Assembly: GCA_951406725.2 (NCBI GenBank)
Contig: OX597819.1
Coordinates: forward strand, 60,078,001 to 60,142,000
DNA length: 64,000 nt
Direction: 5' to 3'
From: Octopus vulgaris
Lineage: Eukaryota
Shown here: piece by piece, positions 14,916 through 30,000 of the stretch
How the letters are laid out: each line of letters opens with the position of its first letter
Numbering within the stretch: position 1 is the stretch's first letter
Made by a program: the position numbers and the translations under genes
The notes under the pieces: model-generated
Database searches by the model: none
Told to the model about the DNA's origin: nothing
Seen by the model: the letters and a program-made list of their open reading frames with translations, nothing else

Positions 14916-15132
14916 TTAACCCTTTTGTTACCAAATTTCTGTTGAAAATAGACTGCCTTTGTTTCAATTACTTTTGAGAATTAGAGAGAATTTTGTAAAA
15001 TAATTATCATTTTTAAGCTGGTGTTTGGAACATAAGTAAACATGAAGTTTTGTTGGAAGATCACTTTAAAACAGGAAGTATATATTACAGAACCAGAGGT
15101 GGTTTTAGGTGAGATGGTATCAAAAGGGTTGA
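14916..15132. mobile_element. Second TTAA-CCCTTT MITE family (also about 26150-26342, 30624-30850, 37337-37735)
   Basis: TTAACCCTTTTGTTACC ... GGTATCAAAAGGGTT, with shared internal GCTGGTGTTTGGAACATAA. Confidence 0.65.
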
Positions 15133-15871
15133 AGAAAGATGTTATCTCTAATGATATTAGCAATATAAGAGAAATTGAATGACTTCAACTAGGATGAAAT
15201 CGAAGTCCTGGCACACATTAGGAGGAAACAAAGAGCAGATACATATTACTATGAGCCAATGGGAAAAGCTTTATATGATTGCTTGACCAGCAACCAAGCC
15301 CTCCAATAAACAAGCACACATTAGATAATGTATTCTTACATCTATTCCTAAAACGACAGGGTGGTCACAGCTAGAATGCCTTTCATTATAAGTTTGTTTG
15401 ATCAAGGTTGACCTGGGCCTAAACAACAATCAGATATTTTAAAAGTATATATATATATATAAATGGCGGTGCCCCAGCATGGCCACAGCTCATTAGCTGA
15501 AACTGGAAAAATCAAAAATCAAATCATATATATATATATATATATATCTGCATTTAAAGAGCAGCAGCAGAATCTGTTGTAAGAGCAACAACAACAGCAG
15601 TTTTTGTTTGTTCAGCACCTATTCTGCAAATTTCATACACTATCTACAGCAGTTTATTTGACATGTGCTAATGTTGATACGATTTTATTGTACAACATGT
15701 AATTGGGGGGGGGGGAGAACGCATTGTGAATTTGAATAAAAGAAGTTGTAATAATGCCTACAAAATTTGTTTTCAACCATTGTGTGTATGTGCGTGTGTG
15801 TGTTAAAAACAAAAAAAATACTTTTGAGAACTTGAATAATAGGAAGAAAATATTTACATTTTTATCAAAAT

Positions 15872-16321
15872 ACTATGACCAGGTGTTGCCGGGTCGCAGT
15901 AAAAATTTTTCACTAAATCAAGAGCTAAGTTTCTTATCACATTTAAGCTCAGGCCAGTTTTGTTGTTTATGAGCTAGTTGGAGATTTTTATGAGAGTAAT
16001 TAATATTCATTGGACTTCGGTTTTCACACCTGGAACGGCATAATCATGGAAAATTAGCAGGACTGCACGTGCCATTAGTTGGACAAAAAGGAGGCAGATG
16101 AAAGCGAAAAACTCGAATTTGGCCGCAAAATAACTTATGGCCATAAGGGGTCGGTTTATCGATTTTTTTAATGGCTTTCTGGGGTGACTGGGGAAATGAA
16201 AAGATCTTCACGACCACCCTCAGACATTTTTGAAAGCCCATAGAAAATGTGAGCCTTTTACGTGAAAAACTGTGGATTTGTATAAAGGACACAGACATTT
16301 TGCCATTTATAGATATAGAGA
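15872..16321 (-). mobile_element. Non-autonomous Helitron-like element
   Basis: On the minus strand it starts A|TCTCTATATCTATAAA and ends with hairpin CCCGGCAACACCTGG followed by CATAG|T. Confidence 0.6.
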
Positions 16322-17053
16322 TGTTGCTGTTATCAACTGTTTAAGCCAATTTAGAAGTGAAAACAGTTGAATTAAATTAAATTAATATTTTATGATAGCA
16401 GTTCTGAAAGTTCATATTTTTCTTATAAAATTCACATGTTAATAGTTGATCTCCTTCTGATGGCAGCTGGGTGGTGGTAGTAGTAGTAAAAGTTTTAACA
16501 ACAGCCACTGTTAAAACTAATTCTACCATTGTGACCCAGTAGTCATCAGGAAACCAATAACTGCTATCAGGAACTTTCAGAACTGCTTTCATGAAACATT
16601 AATTTCCTTTTATTACAAGAGCAAAATGGCTTAAACAATTGAAACCAGTAGCACAATTTGATAAAAATGTTCCTCCTTTTACTAATGGAAAAGTTCTCTA
16701 AGTAATTTCTGCTTTTGTTTTTAACCTGTTAACATTATAAACACACACACACACATATATACATATATATACATATGTGTACACACATGCATGCATTATC
16801 ACAGCTTCTTTTATTCAAATATCATATTGCTGTTGTTGAGTCCCTCATTACCAGACAAGATATCCCTCATTACCAAGGTTATTGATTAAGGTTATTGATT
16901 CATTATGTAATGTAGACAATGTAAACGTTTATGTGCTTCTTGGTAGCTAATTAGTCCAATTGTTGAGACAGACTTTTCTTTTTTATTTTGCACCGAGTGC
17001 AAAGGTAGTCAACATGGGTTTGGTGTAAATCACTACCAGCTGTTTATATATAT

Positions 17054-17326
17054 ATATATATTAGAAGAAATGAGGTACTCAGAAATCTGGATGGTTTTAT
17101 ATTTACAGATTTTTATTAACATGTCACATGTTTTTATAAATCATAGATTACCACTTGCATCCACTCTATGTGTGTTTTTATATTGTTAAGAGGTTAAAAA
17201 CAAGTGGTAACATATGATTTATAAAAACAGGTGACATATTAATAAAAATCTGTAAATATAAAACCATCCAGATTTCTGAGTACCTTATTTCTTCTAATAT
17301 ATAATACCTGTACATCATCTCCAAAC

Positions 17327-17330
<4 letters not shown>
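17054..17330. mobile_element. Fold-back element in (TA)n (about 100-bp arms)
   Basis: 17054-17157 is an inverted copy of 17201-17303, followed by a short unique tail. (TA)n flanks both sides. Confidence 0.7.
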
Positions 17331-17370
<40 letters not shown>

Positions 17371-17669
17371 GACTTTGGCTCAAAGTCATGTACATATTAC
17401 TATGTAACATACTGTATTTTACCTCCAATAAACATTACTTTAATCCATTCGTGGCTACATTTCTAATGAAATACAATGTGTGTTTCAGTTAAATTTGAAA
17501 ATAAGTAAGAATATGGAGGGATTTAGTAAAATAATGGGACTATTTATTATTTTTTTCATATATTTTTGCAATATTAAGCTAATATTTGGAACAAACTATA
17601 ACTAAAATTTCTTATATAAAATTACAATGAAAATTTTTCATAAAATATAAACATTTTAAAACAGGGTTT

Positions 17670-17703
<34 letters not shown>

Positions 17704-18735
17704 TTGTGTATAGTGCTCAAGTGCACTACAACTCACCAAAAAACAGAATTAGGGTTGGTAACAAGGCTTAAGAAAGTAAAGATAAAGTACAGAAAATTAC
17801 TAATGCCATAAAATGTAAATGCAGTCAACAGATTCATGGGAAAACATGTGGCATTCCACAATATTCCAGAATGTAATATAACAACTCCTCTTTGGACTAC
17901 TTTTCTATTTTTGGCTTAAATCTAATAGAACTGTAAGTGATGAAGTACAGCACTTCACTGGTTGCTTAGTATTTTAAGCTTAAGACTGCAGACAACTGTC
18001 TCAGGAATCAAATTAGATCACTGTAAGCCAAAGGAACTTAGGCATTCTTTGACACCATCAATGCTGCTCAACAGCAAGGTGGTGATCTCAGAAGGTGCCG
18101 AAAATCATTGTGATATCTGGTGTATAGCTAATTAAGAGAATGTACTGTAGTGTGAACTGTATGTAAAATATACATAATATTCATATTATACACAGCTACA
18201 TAGACAAACTCATTCAATTCATGTTTTCAATGAGTATGATCTTAAGTGAATGTAAACTTTTAAGTACAGAGCTTGAAACCAAAATTTGTGGGGTCAAGAA
18301 TTACTTCATACAGTAACAATAATAATGGTTTCAAATTTTGGTACAAGGCCTGAAATTTGGGGAGAGGACTTAAGTCGATTACATCGACTCCAGTACACAA
18401 CTGGTGCTTAATTTATCAACCTCTGAAAGGGTGAAAAGCAAAGTCAACCATGGCAGAATTTGAACTCAGCATTTCACCTGGTGTGCTAACAATTCTGCCA
18501 GCACGCAACCTTAATAATAATAATATTTTCTACTCTAGGCACAAGGCCCCAAATTTTGGAGTAGGGGCCAGTCGGTTAGATTGACACCAGTATCCCACTG
18601 GTACTTAATTTATCAAGCCCGAAAGGATGAAAGGCAAAGTCAACCTTGGCAGAATTTGAACTCAGAACGTAGCAACGGGCGAAATAGTGCTAAACATTTC
18701 ATCCGAGGTGCTAACGATTCTGCCAACTCGCCGCC

Positions 18736-18773
<38 letters not shown>

Positions 18774-19297
18774 TATAATAATAATAACAATGATAATCAT
18801 AATCATCTCAGATATCTGGAGACAAAATGAAATATGAATTTCTAGTTATATGCAGTAAATTCAACAAAATTAGTTTATTTCAAATAGCACCTTTAACATG
18901 AAAAATAAATATATTACAAAATAGTTTCAAAATATTAATTTCACAAACATTGCCAGCAATTAAACAAACGACTAAATATTAGAATATTATTATGAATGTC
19001 TTCTAACAGTGTTACCAACCCATCAAACCCATAACCGCTAAACTTCAATAGATAAAAGTTCCTAATTTAGGCAAAATGGCAGCAATTTGTGGGGAGGGAG
19101 TCAGTTGATTTTGTATTGTATAGATAGTAAAATCAGTAAATACATGTATGAATTGCTTTTCTTTTGGTTGAATCAGAGACTTGCCATTCTGTGTTTCGCT
19201 TGTAGATATATAGATTAGCAGGAGACTTGATCAAAATAAAAATATTCTTTTCTAGAACGACATCAAGTACTCTTTCTTCCAACAGTCAATACTAAAC

Positions 19298-19324
<27 letters not shown>

Positions 19325-19331
<7 letters not shown>

Positions 19332-19643
19332 ATATCACTGTGATCACCATGACTGACCAGACTATCAGATGTTGCTACACATCGCTGGTCACAATGCACT
19401 TCGCATTGTTTTAGCCTTCAAATGACGCCATCCCGCTGGGTAAGTGAGCAGGCCAACAGAAGAAAGAGTGAGAGAAAGTTGTGGCGAAAGAGTACAGCAG
19501 AGATCGCCACCACCCCCTGCCGGAGCCTCATGGGGCTTTAGGTATTTTCACTCAATAAACACTCACAACGCCCGGTCTGGGAATTAAAACCGCGATCCTA
19601 CAACCGCAAGTCCACTGCCCTAACCACTGGGCCATTGCGCCTC

Positions 19644-19646
<3 letters not shown>
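19325..19646 (-). mobile_element. tRNA-derived SINE (OR-like head) in (TA)n
   Basis: Minus-strand head GGAGGCGCAATGGCCCAGTGGTTAGGGCAG, B box GGTTTTAATTCC. Confidence 0.75.
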
Positions 19647-19675
<29 letters not shown>

Positions 19676-22030
19676 CTTTAGAAGTGTATTAGCTCTAAGA
19701 GTTCAAGTTCTAGAATAATAAAAATTCTTAGAGATAGAAGTTTTGTTTGATAAGAAAACCTGACTGGTAATTAGTTGTAAATCAATAACCTTTGTCATAA
19801 CATCTCAATAATTAATGAAGGTATTTTTTTTTTATTATATTTAAAAAGCAGAAGCATGGACTATTCAATCTATAACCTACAGTAGAGCTAAATTCTAAGA
19901 GCAAGGTTAAATGGAATGCTTTGAAACAAGTATTTTGGTGAAACCCTTTCTAAAACATTGAAGCGATCTTGCTTTGTGAACATATAGTCTGATTGCTCTG
20001 ATTAATAAAAGGACTAGAATTCAACTTTAAAATTTATCATGTAAAAGTATAAAAATTGTTATTCCAATTCAAGGATTCCATATGAATTGATGCTATTAAA
20101 TTAGATGTGATAAAGATTTATTTCAAGCATTTTATTTCTAGTTTCAGCCGTTTTATATGTCACTACTGAAAAATTTATAAGTACCACTTGAGCAGTGAGG
20201 ACAGTGTAATTGACTTAACTACTCCTGGGTATGAGTATAAAAACTGCACCCCTCTGCCAAGTTACATCGGGCCAGCGTGATCTGAAACTCAAATTCATGA
20301 CCTCCACATCAGACTGTGGTTGGTGGAGAGAACATGCTGAGGTCCTTGTCCTGCAGTGGGCTGAACATGGGCAAGGCAATCCAATCCACTGAAAAACAAT
20401 AGAAAAATGCTTAGGACTTAGGTCTGTTGTGAGCCCCAGGACTGATAAGACGGAAGCTTAATCCAGTTTCCTTGGCGGATAAGTGACTGAGGTAACAACA
20501 CTCCCAACTGAATGGGACAGCAATCCGTTGCAGGGTTGACTTCCCAGCTATTGATGGAACTTATTTACAGCTAAGTGGACTGGAGCAATGTGAAATGAAG
20601 TGTTTTGCTCAAGAACACAACACATCACCCACTCTGGGAATTGAAACTATGATCACAGAATTCTAAGTGCAACACCCCAACCACTAGGCCATGCATCTTC
20701 ACACAAATTTGAAGTATTTTATTTGTATTTTATAAATCATTACCAAAATTATAAAATAAATTTGAAAGTGGTTGAAATAACTATGGAGAGCAAATTTGCT
20801 AAATAGAATTCAGTACTCTTGTTATACTCCACCAAAGCCAGTCCCAACGTGTGGTAAAAGGAGGTGTACTGGTGATGGGTTGGCACCCCATCCCATAAAA
20901 TAATTCACCACTACAAAAACCACCAGAATTAGAAGTCAACACCATCAAACCCCTCTGCAGGGTCCCAGGATTAGAAAGGATGATGTTTGGGATCTGACAC
21001 TTGATAAAGATGACTGGAAGACTCTAGTAGCCTGATGTTCATTGAATAGGAGGATCTTAGTGCTAAGAGATAATCATATTTTTAAAATAGAATTTATTAA
21101 AATGATTAGATTCACTGATATTATTTTACCAAAAGGTTTCTCTATTTTCGTAAGGAGTTAATTTGTTAGCAAGCATGCCTACTTCCATTTTTACTTTTTG
21201 GCTAAACAATTAGACCCAGTTCCCTGAGATAAGAATTCATAACTTTATTGTTCTAATTTCTCATGTCAATTCTCATGTCGACTGACTGTTTTCTCAAGAC
21301 TTCAAATTAAGAGTAAAAGGGCTTCCCACATACATTCACAAAGAGATTTAATCTATGGAAGGACTGAATAACCATAATCCAAAGATCACAAATATTTTGC
21401 TAAGAAGATAGAGACAACACTAACTGAACATAGTTGTCATCAATAAAATAAGCAGCATGAAATTTAGATGTTTTGCAATGCCCAGAAAATTTTTAAAAGA
21501 CAAAAATATGGAATTAGTCACACTGACTGTTACACATTTTGTCAAACAATATTTAAACTATGAAAATGGAAATTTTCATGGGAATGAAAAAATTCATGTA
21601 ATATAAAACAAAAAAAAACAAAAAACAAAAAGAAAACATGAAATCTAACAGTTGGTCTTTGTCTTCAGCAGTCATCTTTACTCAGCAACATTTCTTGGAA
21701 GCTCAGATTTATATAGTTTTGTTTTAAGACAACTTTTAAATATCATCAAGGAATCTTTGTGAAAACTGATCCATTTACACTTGAATTTAAAGATCAAAGC
21801 ACCAGGCAATCATTTAACAACAAAAATAAACTGTAATAACCATCAACACCAGTTCTAACCAGGAAACTGAAAACGGCCAACAAGAAGTTAAAAGCTAATT
21901 TGTTTTTTAAAGGAAGCAATTATATTACTTTGTTTTCTAATGGGAGTAACTACTTGTTTCCTATAAAGAGTAATTATATTCTAACTGAAGTAATATAACT
22001 AAGTATACAACATAATACAAAATAAACATT

Positions 22031-22442
22031 AGGCGCAGGAGTGGCTGTGTGGTAAGTAGCTTGTCTACCAACCACATGGTTCCGGGTTCAGTCCCACTGC
22101 GTGGCTCCTTGGGCAAGTGTCTTCTACTATAGCCCCGGGCCAACCAAAGCCTTGTGAGTGGATTTGGTAGACGGAAACTGAAAGAAGCCCGTCGTATATA
22201 TGTATATATATATATATATGTGTGTGTGTGTTTCTGTGTCTGTGTTTGTCCCCCTAGCATTGCTTGACAACCGATGCTGGTGTGTTTATGTCCCCGTTAC
22301 TTAGCGGTTCGGCAAAAGAGACCGATAGAATAAGTACTGGGCTTACAAAAGTATAAGTCCCAGTGTCGAGTTACTCGATTAAAAGGCGGTGCTCCAGCAT
22401 GGCCCCAGTCAAATGACTGAAACAAGTAAAACAGTAAACAGT
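22031..22442 (+). mobile_element. tRNA-derived SINE family A, full length (minus-strand copies at 5968-6348, 11205-11570, 28303-28712)
   Basis: A box GTGGCTGTGTGGT, B box GGTTCAGTCCC, internal (TA)/(TG) tract, GTAAAA-repeat tail. Confidence 0.85.
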
Positions 22443-22748
22443 ATTATTTTTGCATTACAATTGGGAAGCTATAAGACTTTATCATTATATGCAGCTATCA
22501 GGTTTTCAACAGTGAGTGTAATAATATGGTGAATTAAAAACTGCTCAGTAATTCAGAGATCAAATGGCAATGCTAATGCTTCCGAGTTTTAAGGTGGAGA
22601 AAATAACTCAGACTTGGATTAAAAATAGTGACCAAACAATTTCACTTAAATTCTGAAACTGGCAACATAATTCAGATTTAAAGGTTTTCATTCACACACC
22701 AAACACACAACACACATGCATACACACACATCAAACAAAAGAGTGGAA

Positions 22749-22754
22749 TTTATT
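22749..22754 (-). promoter_or_regulatory. Candidate AATAAA polyadenylation signal of C17orf75
   Basis: First AATAAA I noticed on the minus strand downstream of the stop (about 1.2 kb 3' UTR). The AT-rich context makes this weak. Confidence 0.3.
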
Positions 22755-22828
22755 GTATTACATTTAATTCTCTAGTTACATGCATTTCAACACTACATGG
22801 TATATACATTCCATTAATATAAATATTA

Positions 22829-22859
<31 letters not shown>

Positions 22860-23930
22860 TGATATGAATATAAATGATTTTGTAATATCACAACATATTG
22901 CATGTATCTCCTAAGACAAATGTTCAAAAGTAATGAGTGTGTGTGTGTGTATATACTGATGTATGCTACATTGCAGGAAAAGGGATGAACATATGGTTGA
23001 TCTTGTGATAAAAATATTAAAAATAAACCCAGATGAACCTAAAAACAAAACTTGCATAATAAGCTTTATCACCCTTAATATAAGAATTTGGTCAAGAACT
23101 GGTGTTTCATCAGTCATTATACATACATATATATTACCCCAACAAGCGCATATTGATATATTCACATATACACACACATACATAAACCCTCTTCTTTCTC
23201 TAGATGTAACATGCATGCATACAAATGCTTAACTTTGACTGAAAAGCTTTCATTAAATAACTGCTCCCTTAAACATGATAAACTACTTCCTTGTAGGAAC
23301 AGCCATCATAGTTGTGCCTATGGCAATTAAAAACTGTCACACCAATGTCGGCTGTTAACAAGCAAGTGCTTCATTAAGACCGAAAATAATAATGATCCTT
23401 TCTATTATAGGCACAAGGCCTGAAATTTTGGGGGAGGGGGCTAGTCGATTACATCGACCCCAGTACACAGCTGGTACTTATTTTATCGACCCCAAAAGGA
23501 TGAAAGGCAAAGTCAACCTTGGCAGAATTTGAACTCAGAATGTATACAGATGGCTGAAATGCCATTAAAGCATTTTGCTTGGAGTGCTAACGATTCTGCC
23601 AGCTCGTCAGCTTACTGAATATAATAATAATAATAAAAATAATTTAAGACTGAAATGTTAACATGAAGTAAATATTAATTTAACAATGACCTTAAAAAAG
23701 AAGGAATCATCATTTTGAGCTAACAAGACCTAACAATACCTTCCCTCGATCACTCCATTACGATACTCCAAAGGCACCAGTATGGAACACAACAGAAATA
23801 AACCATCATCATCAATAAATAAATAAATTTTTTTTTTAAATCAAAAATAAATAAAAACAAGAATCAATATCAATTTACAATATGTGATTTGGAGTTTTCA
23901 GGTTTTTTTTCTTTCATTCTTTTCCCTTTT

Positions 23931-24081
23931 TCACGACATCGTTTGAGACATTTCCTCAGTTTCTTGAATGAATTCTTTCAGAACCGCAAGAGCATCTTTG
24001 TCATCTGATTTCAAGTCTAACAACTGGCAGTATTTCAAGAGGATGTTTGTATAGCCAGAATATTTGAGAAACATATAAGCC
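23931..24081 (-). CDS. C17orf75: C17orf75 terminal coding exon: RAYMFLKYSGYTNILLK...VLKEFIQETEEMSQTMS*
   Basis: Acceptor tatatttcag, TGA at 23933-23931. Part of ORF 23931..24134. Confidence 0.93.
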
Positions 24082-27000
24082 CTGAAATATAAATCAGTAA
24101 TACCAATTGCTGTCCCATTTTCAACATTTAACATACACAGTTGTGGCCAACAGTTTGGAACATAAGGTGTGAAAATTAGAATTTTTATATTAAATGCACA
24201 AAGTTATATCTAATTTGCAATATGGTGTAGCAATTTGGTCTAGAACTATATTTTTGATTTTGCCTGTTTTTTCTTCTAGATATTGGATCAGTTATTTGGT
24301 AAGTATATCTCTATGGTGTATATATTTGAATCGAATTGTACTTGGGAAGAACAATTTTGATTTTAAAAAATGTTCCAAACTTTTGGCCATAACTGTATTA
24401 TGAGGGTAAAATATTAAAATTAACCAGGATGAAATACTTTATTAAGGTAAGATACTAAATATCTGTGGAGACCTGCATTTAAGTGAGAGCATAAGCAGCA
24501 TGAGGAAAAAGGCAAGGCAGTAAAGATATATCATCTCTAAAATGGATGAGTAAATTATCTGGATGGCAAAAATACTGTGTTGATAGCGGAAGATGAGCAA
24601 GGGGTATGCCAGTGCAGAAAACATTAAAAGCAAGAGCACTCAGCACAAAACTCCGTCAAGGCAACACCAACATCCTCTCAATGATTAGCTGGAAATGATT
24701 TTTAAAATGAGAATATCTCGCAAACGAGAATACTAAAAAATGAACCTGACTGCTCTCAAAAATTAAGTAAAAAAACCAGGAAAATAATCCAGTATCCTTG
24801 TCTGGTACCTAATCAATCCCAATGGTAGTCATGGAATGTGAAGGTGGATGTGCAGGCTGTGTGTGTGTGTGTGTCATCTGCAGTGGGAATGGGGACAGTT
24901 TTCTCTATGAAGGCCTTTTCTAATCTATCCACTGATAGTGTCTTTACAACCATTATCTGTGCATGAAAGAAAATGGAAAGGACCTGCATACGGTACTGTT
25001 AATGGAGGTTTAACAACATCATTACATACAAAAACGTGAGTTCAAGAAGTAAAGTTTCCTTCAAGGCAGAGCTAGAGGTGCAATTGTCAAGAAGGTAAGA
25101 GGTATTAAACAGGAGCGATGTATTCAAAATTGGTAAAACTAAAAATTGTCGAGGATAAATTAAATTTATTATTGTTACTGAATATGTTAGTGTTATTTAA
25201 TTTCCGAACAGTTTTGCTGCCATTTGTTTATGTATTTTGATTTCTTTATCCATCAGTTTCTACTAAGATAGAGACGTGAGTAAAATTAATAATAGAGAAA
25301 CGAAAATTTGAAACAGAAACGCTGCCATAACTTATATGGAATCTATGAGCGTACTTTCAAGGGAGGTAATCGGAGAAAAACTTGAAAGTCAACATAAGAT
25401 CATAATCATGTAAAGTAAATATAACAAATAATCCAGAATCCTTGTCTGGTATCGGATTGATCCGAAAAGCTAATCAGTTTGTGCCAATCATGAGGCCAAA
25501 CATCCCTGAAAGTTTCATCCGAATCCATCCAGCGGTTCTTGAGATATCTTGTCCAGAGACAAACAAACAAACACAACTGAAAACAATACCTCCGCCTTCG
25601 CTAAGACAGACGTAATAATGATAAAACAGTATTTAAGTTATACTCAATGATCCCCACCCTTCTCTGTGTGTGTGTATATGTATATATATATATATATATA
25701 TATACATATATATACTCTTATATGTATATATATGTATGTATGTATGTATCTATCTATCTATCTATATCATCATCATTTTAACATCCACTTTCTGATACTA
25801 GCATAGGTCACACAGAAATGAAGCAGATTTCCTATGGCTGGATGCTCTTCCTGTTGCCAACCCTCGCTTGTTTCCAACCAAAGTAATATTCCCCTTAACC
25901 AAGTAAATTTTAGTGGAAGATTAGAAATGAGGGATACCATTTATGTGATGGTGACAGTTGTGTGCAATTACCATGTGATGTCTGAACAAGGAGGCACAAA
26001 TACACATCAATGTGTGTGTGTGTTTGTTTGTTTGTGTCTACTTATGGTATTTAACTGTGCTCCTTTGAGCTCTGCTTTTGAATCTCACTCCTATGCCAAT
26101 CTCCTTCCTATTTCAATAAAGTCATACTAGGGGACAAAAAAAAAAGGACTTAGCTAAGCCTTTCATTCTTTTTAATAAATTTCAAAAATTTACAATAACT
26201 AACGAGTATTTAAGATGATGCTTGGAACAGAATGTTGCATAGGATTTTAATGGAAGGTTTTAAATTAAACACAAACTCTTTAAAACAGTCAGTTTTGTAT
26301 CATGAAATCAGAAGTGATCTCAGATTGGTACAAAAGGATTGAAGTCACAAAGCATTTGCTGAAAACTAAACTAGTATCTATCGAGCAATGACACTAACTT
26401 ACAAGACAAAATAATTTGTGTGAAAAAAATTAAGTCTACAAGGCTAAAAGAAGAGTAAAACATAGAAACAATCAGTTCTTACCTATATAAAGCATAATGG
26501 TCATTTTCGGCAAGTTTTAGGAATCTATTTAAAGTATTTATATCCTGTATACACTGTAAAAGAAATAAAAGTCCAACAGTAAAGTTTCAAGCAATGACAT
26601 GTAGACTTTGGGTCTTAAAATCTTCATAAGCTGTTAATTTTCATGTTTGGTTAAAATAAAGAAATTTTGAATTCATTTATTTTTTTAAATTCAGTCAACA
26701 CACATATAAAGTAGAATATGTTATGTGAAAGACTACTGATTAACGATTTTGAGAGCATGCTTCTAATAACTTACATTCCTTAACCTATTAGCATTTAAAC
26801 TGGTCATATCTGGTCAAAATAATCTACCTGTTTTATGTTCAAACTGCTCAGGTCTGGTCTCTCACACCTACCTACAATGTCATTCTGAAAATAAGCATAG
26901 AGCTTAATGCTTAAGGTGTTGCACTTACAATCATCAATCGTGGATTGATTTCAGGACAGAGCAGTGTGTTGCATTTTTGAGTAAAATACTTCATTTCACA

Positions 27001-30000
27001 TTACTCCAGTTCACTCAGCAATAACTGGGAGTGAAATTTTTTTCCCACGAGAGTTCTGGACCCCAGTAATGAACTCATTTACATACAGCCAATCAGAGCT
27101 CCCCTTGACCTTGTTGTTAAGTTAACAAATGCACTCTACCAAGTAAACTCGGTCAAACTAAAGGGTTTGACCCGAGCAAAACAAATAGTTTGACTGTAAA
27201 CGCAAGACGAAGAGCGGTGTTGTAAATCGACCGATCGCTAAGTTATGCCTGATTTTAGAAGGAGACAAGTAATTAGATAGATTTGTATCTATATCTATTA
27301 TATGGGATTTTGTTAGGGGCTCCATATGGTAAATATGTGGATGGGAAAAATGTGGGTAGAGGGTGATGTGCTAGCAACCCTCTCCCCTTACTGTTTTACA
27401 AAGTAAACAACAACACAATTACGCAGAGGCAGCCATGGTTGAAACAAGAACAAGCTCAAAAAGCTTTATTAATGGGTATAGGTCTGTTTCGCATTTTATC
27501 ATCATCAACATCGTCATCGTTTAACGTCTGTTTTCCATGCTGGCATGGGTTGGACGGTTCGACCAGGGTCTGGGAAGCCAGGAGGCTGCACCAGGCTCCA
27601 GTCTGATCTGGCAGTGTTTCTACAGCTGGATGCCCTTCCTAACACCAACCACTCCGTGTGTAGAGGGTGCTATTTACGTGCCACCGGCACAGGGGTCAAA
27701 GGAGGCTGGCAACATCCACAATCGGTTGGTGCCTTTTATGTGCCACCGGCATGGATGCCAGTCAAGGCGGCACTGGCATCAGCCACGTTCAGATGGTGTT
27801 TTTTACGTGCCACCGGCACGGGTATCACAACTACAATTTCCATTTGATTTTTATTTTGATGTTGATGTACTTGACTCAATAGGTCTCCTCAAGTACAGCA
27901 GGTCACCCTACGATCCAAGGTAAGCACAGCAGGCCGTCCTGTGAGCAAAGGCCATCCTGCGAGCAAGCAGGCCGTTGTATTTAAAAATGAAATAATCATA
28001 TCTTAGATAGAATTGGTTAGTCTATTTTATATATTGTGTTTGTAAATGAAATATAATTGTATGTTAGACAAAAGTGGTTAAGCTAGTGAAAAATAATTCC
28101 TTCCTACCTGGAGCTTGTATGAATCAATGGTTACTTTGAGACACAATGCATTGTGTCGGTCACTGTTAATAAGTTTCTCGGCCCAATCTTTACAAAACCT
28201 GCAGCTTTCTGAAAATTGAGAGAACAGAGTATTAGATACATTAATTAAAGTATGCATGGGGGTAAATGTATGAAAATAGGCAGCTGCTTCATCAGAATGA
28301 ATACTCTTTTACTCTTTTACATGTTTCAGCCATTTGACTGTGGCCATGCTGGAGCACCACATTTAGTCAAGCAAATCGATCCCAGGACATATTCTTTGTA
28401 AGCCTAGTACTTATTCTATCGATCTTTTTTGCCAAACCACTAAGTTACAGGGATGCAAACACTCCACCATTGGTTGTCAAGCGATGTTGGGGGGACAAAC
28501 ACAGACACACAAACATATACACACACATACATATATACATACATATATATGACAGGCTTCTTTCAGTTTCCATCTACCAAATCCACTCACAAGGCTTTGG
28601 TCGGCCCGAGGCTATAATAGAAGACACTTGCACAAGGTGCCACGCAGTGGGAATGAACCCAGAACCATGTGGTTGGTAAGCAAGCTACTTACCACACAGC
28701 CACTCCTGCACTTAAATGATAAACTTTTGTTGCTGTTTATTTCTAAATCAGTCCAATGATCAAAAATATTCCAGATGTAACCAGGTTTTTGTTTTGTATA
28801 TCAGTGACTATATTGTCCAGTGAGTCAATCCATTTTTAAGAGAGGAGTGTCCAACCCATGGAAAACAAATGTTAAATGATGATGATGATGAAGATAATGT
28901 GATTTGAAGAAGATTTCATAGTTATTTCTAGTAGACTGAGTAATTGCATAAATGCTACCCCATTGACTTTATAAATGATGTAAGCTTGAAATAAGTGATC
29001 AATGTAGAAATAAACCAATGAAACCATGAAATAGCATCTGTTCTTTCTTTTACTGTTTTATTAGTCAAAATGTAATAGAATATACATCATCATCCCCATT
29101 TATATCTGCTTTCCATTCTGGCATAGTTTGGATGGATATATTTAGAATGATCAATAACACGTCTACTAATTTTAGTATGACTAATACATTATGACTCATG
29201 GGGGACTTTTTCTGCAACGCTTTCAAAAATCATGTCTTCTAGCAGTGACTATCATCATTCATCCTCCTCCTCCTCCTCATCATCATCATCCTTTAACATC
29301 TGCTTTCCATGCTGGCATGGGTTAGACAGTTTGACTGGAACTGGTAAGCTGAATGGCTGAACCAGGTTCCAGCCTGATTTGACATGCTTTCTACAGCTGG
29401 ATGCCCTTCCTAACGCCAACCACTCTGAGAGTGTAATGGGTGCTTTTTATGTTCCACTGGCCCATTTACACAACACTGGCAACAGCTACAACTCCATGAT
29501 TATGATTTCACTTGGCTTGACAAGTCTTCTCAAGCACAGCATATTGCAAAAGGTCTCAATCACTTGTCATCGCCTCCATGAAGCCATAAATAACATGAAA
29601 TTATATAAGATATTTGGCTTTTAAAACAGAATTTATCCTTAAACATACACCTCTATATTACACCTTTACAAAATTAATCTTTTATAAATTTTCTTTGATA
29701 AGCAGCCAAATATTCAAATTTCATCTGTGGTCTCAAGAAAAAAAAAAGGCAGGGCATACTGGATAATGTGCTTTTATAAATACACTATGTCTTAACAAAA
29801 GATGGGATGGTCACAGCTGGAATATCTTTCATCAATAAACCTGCTTAATCATGGTCAAACAACAATAGGGATCCTTTAAAAAGCTGCTCTCACAGTGAAA
29901 TGAAAAACTGTTTACCAAAACTTACCATCTGGTTCAAATTTGAAACTTTTTCCTTGATCAATAGTCAGACAGATTGTCTTACTGCTTTCTTTTTCCCCTT

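Noticed and set aside
16620-16701. Plus-strand terminal-exon-like stretch (AKWLKQLKPVAQFDKNVPPFTNGKVL*)
   Set aside because: No recognisable homology and no consistent upstream exons could be chained.
22031-22100. tRNA-like A/B boxes (also at 63486, 19570 and 14240)
   Set aside because: These are SINE heads continuing into SINE bodies, with no proper cloverleaf or terminator.
27027-27325. CpG-richer segment with ATTTACAT and CCAAT motifs resembling a promoter
   Set aside because: It is intronic, interrupts other repeats and is more likely an unclassified TE. No downstream RNA gene was recognised.
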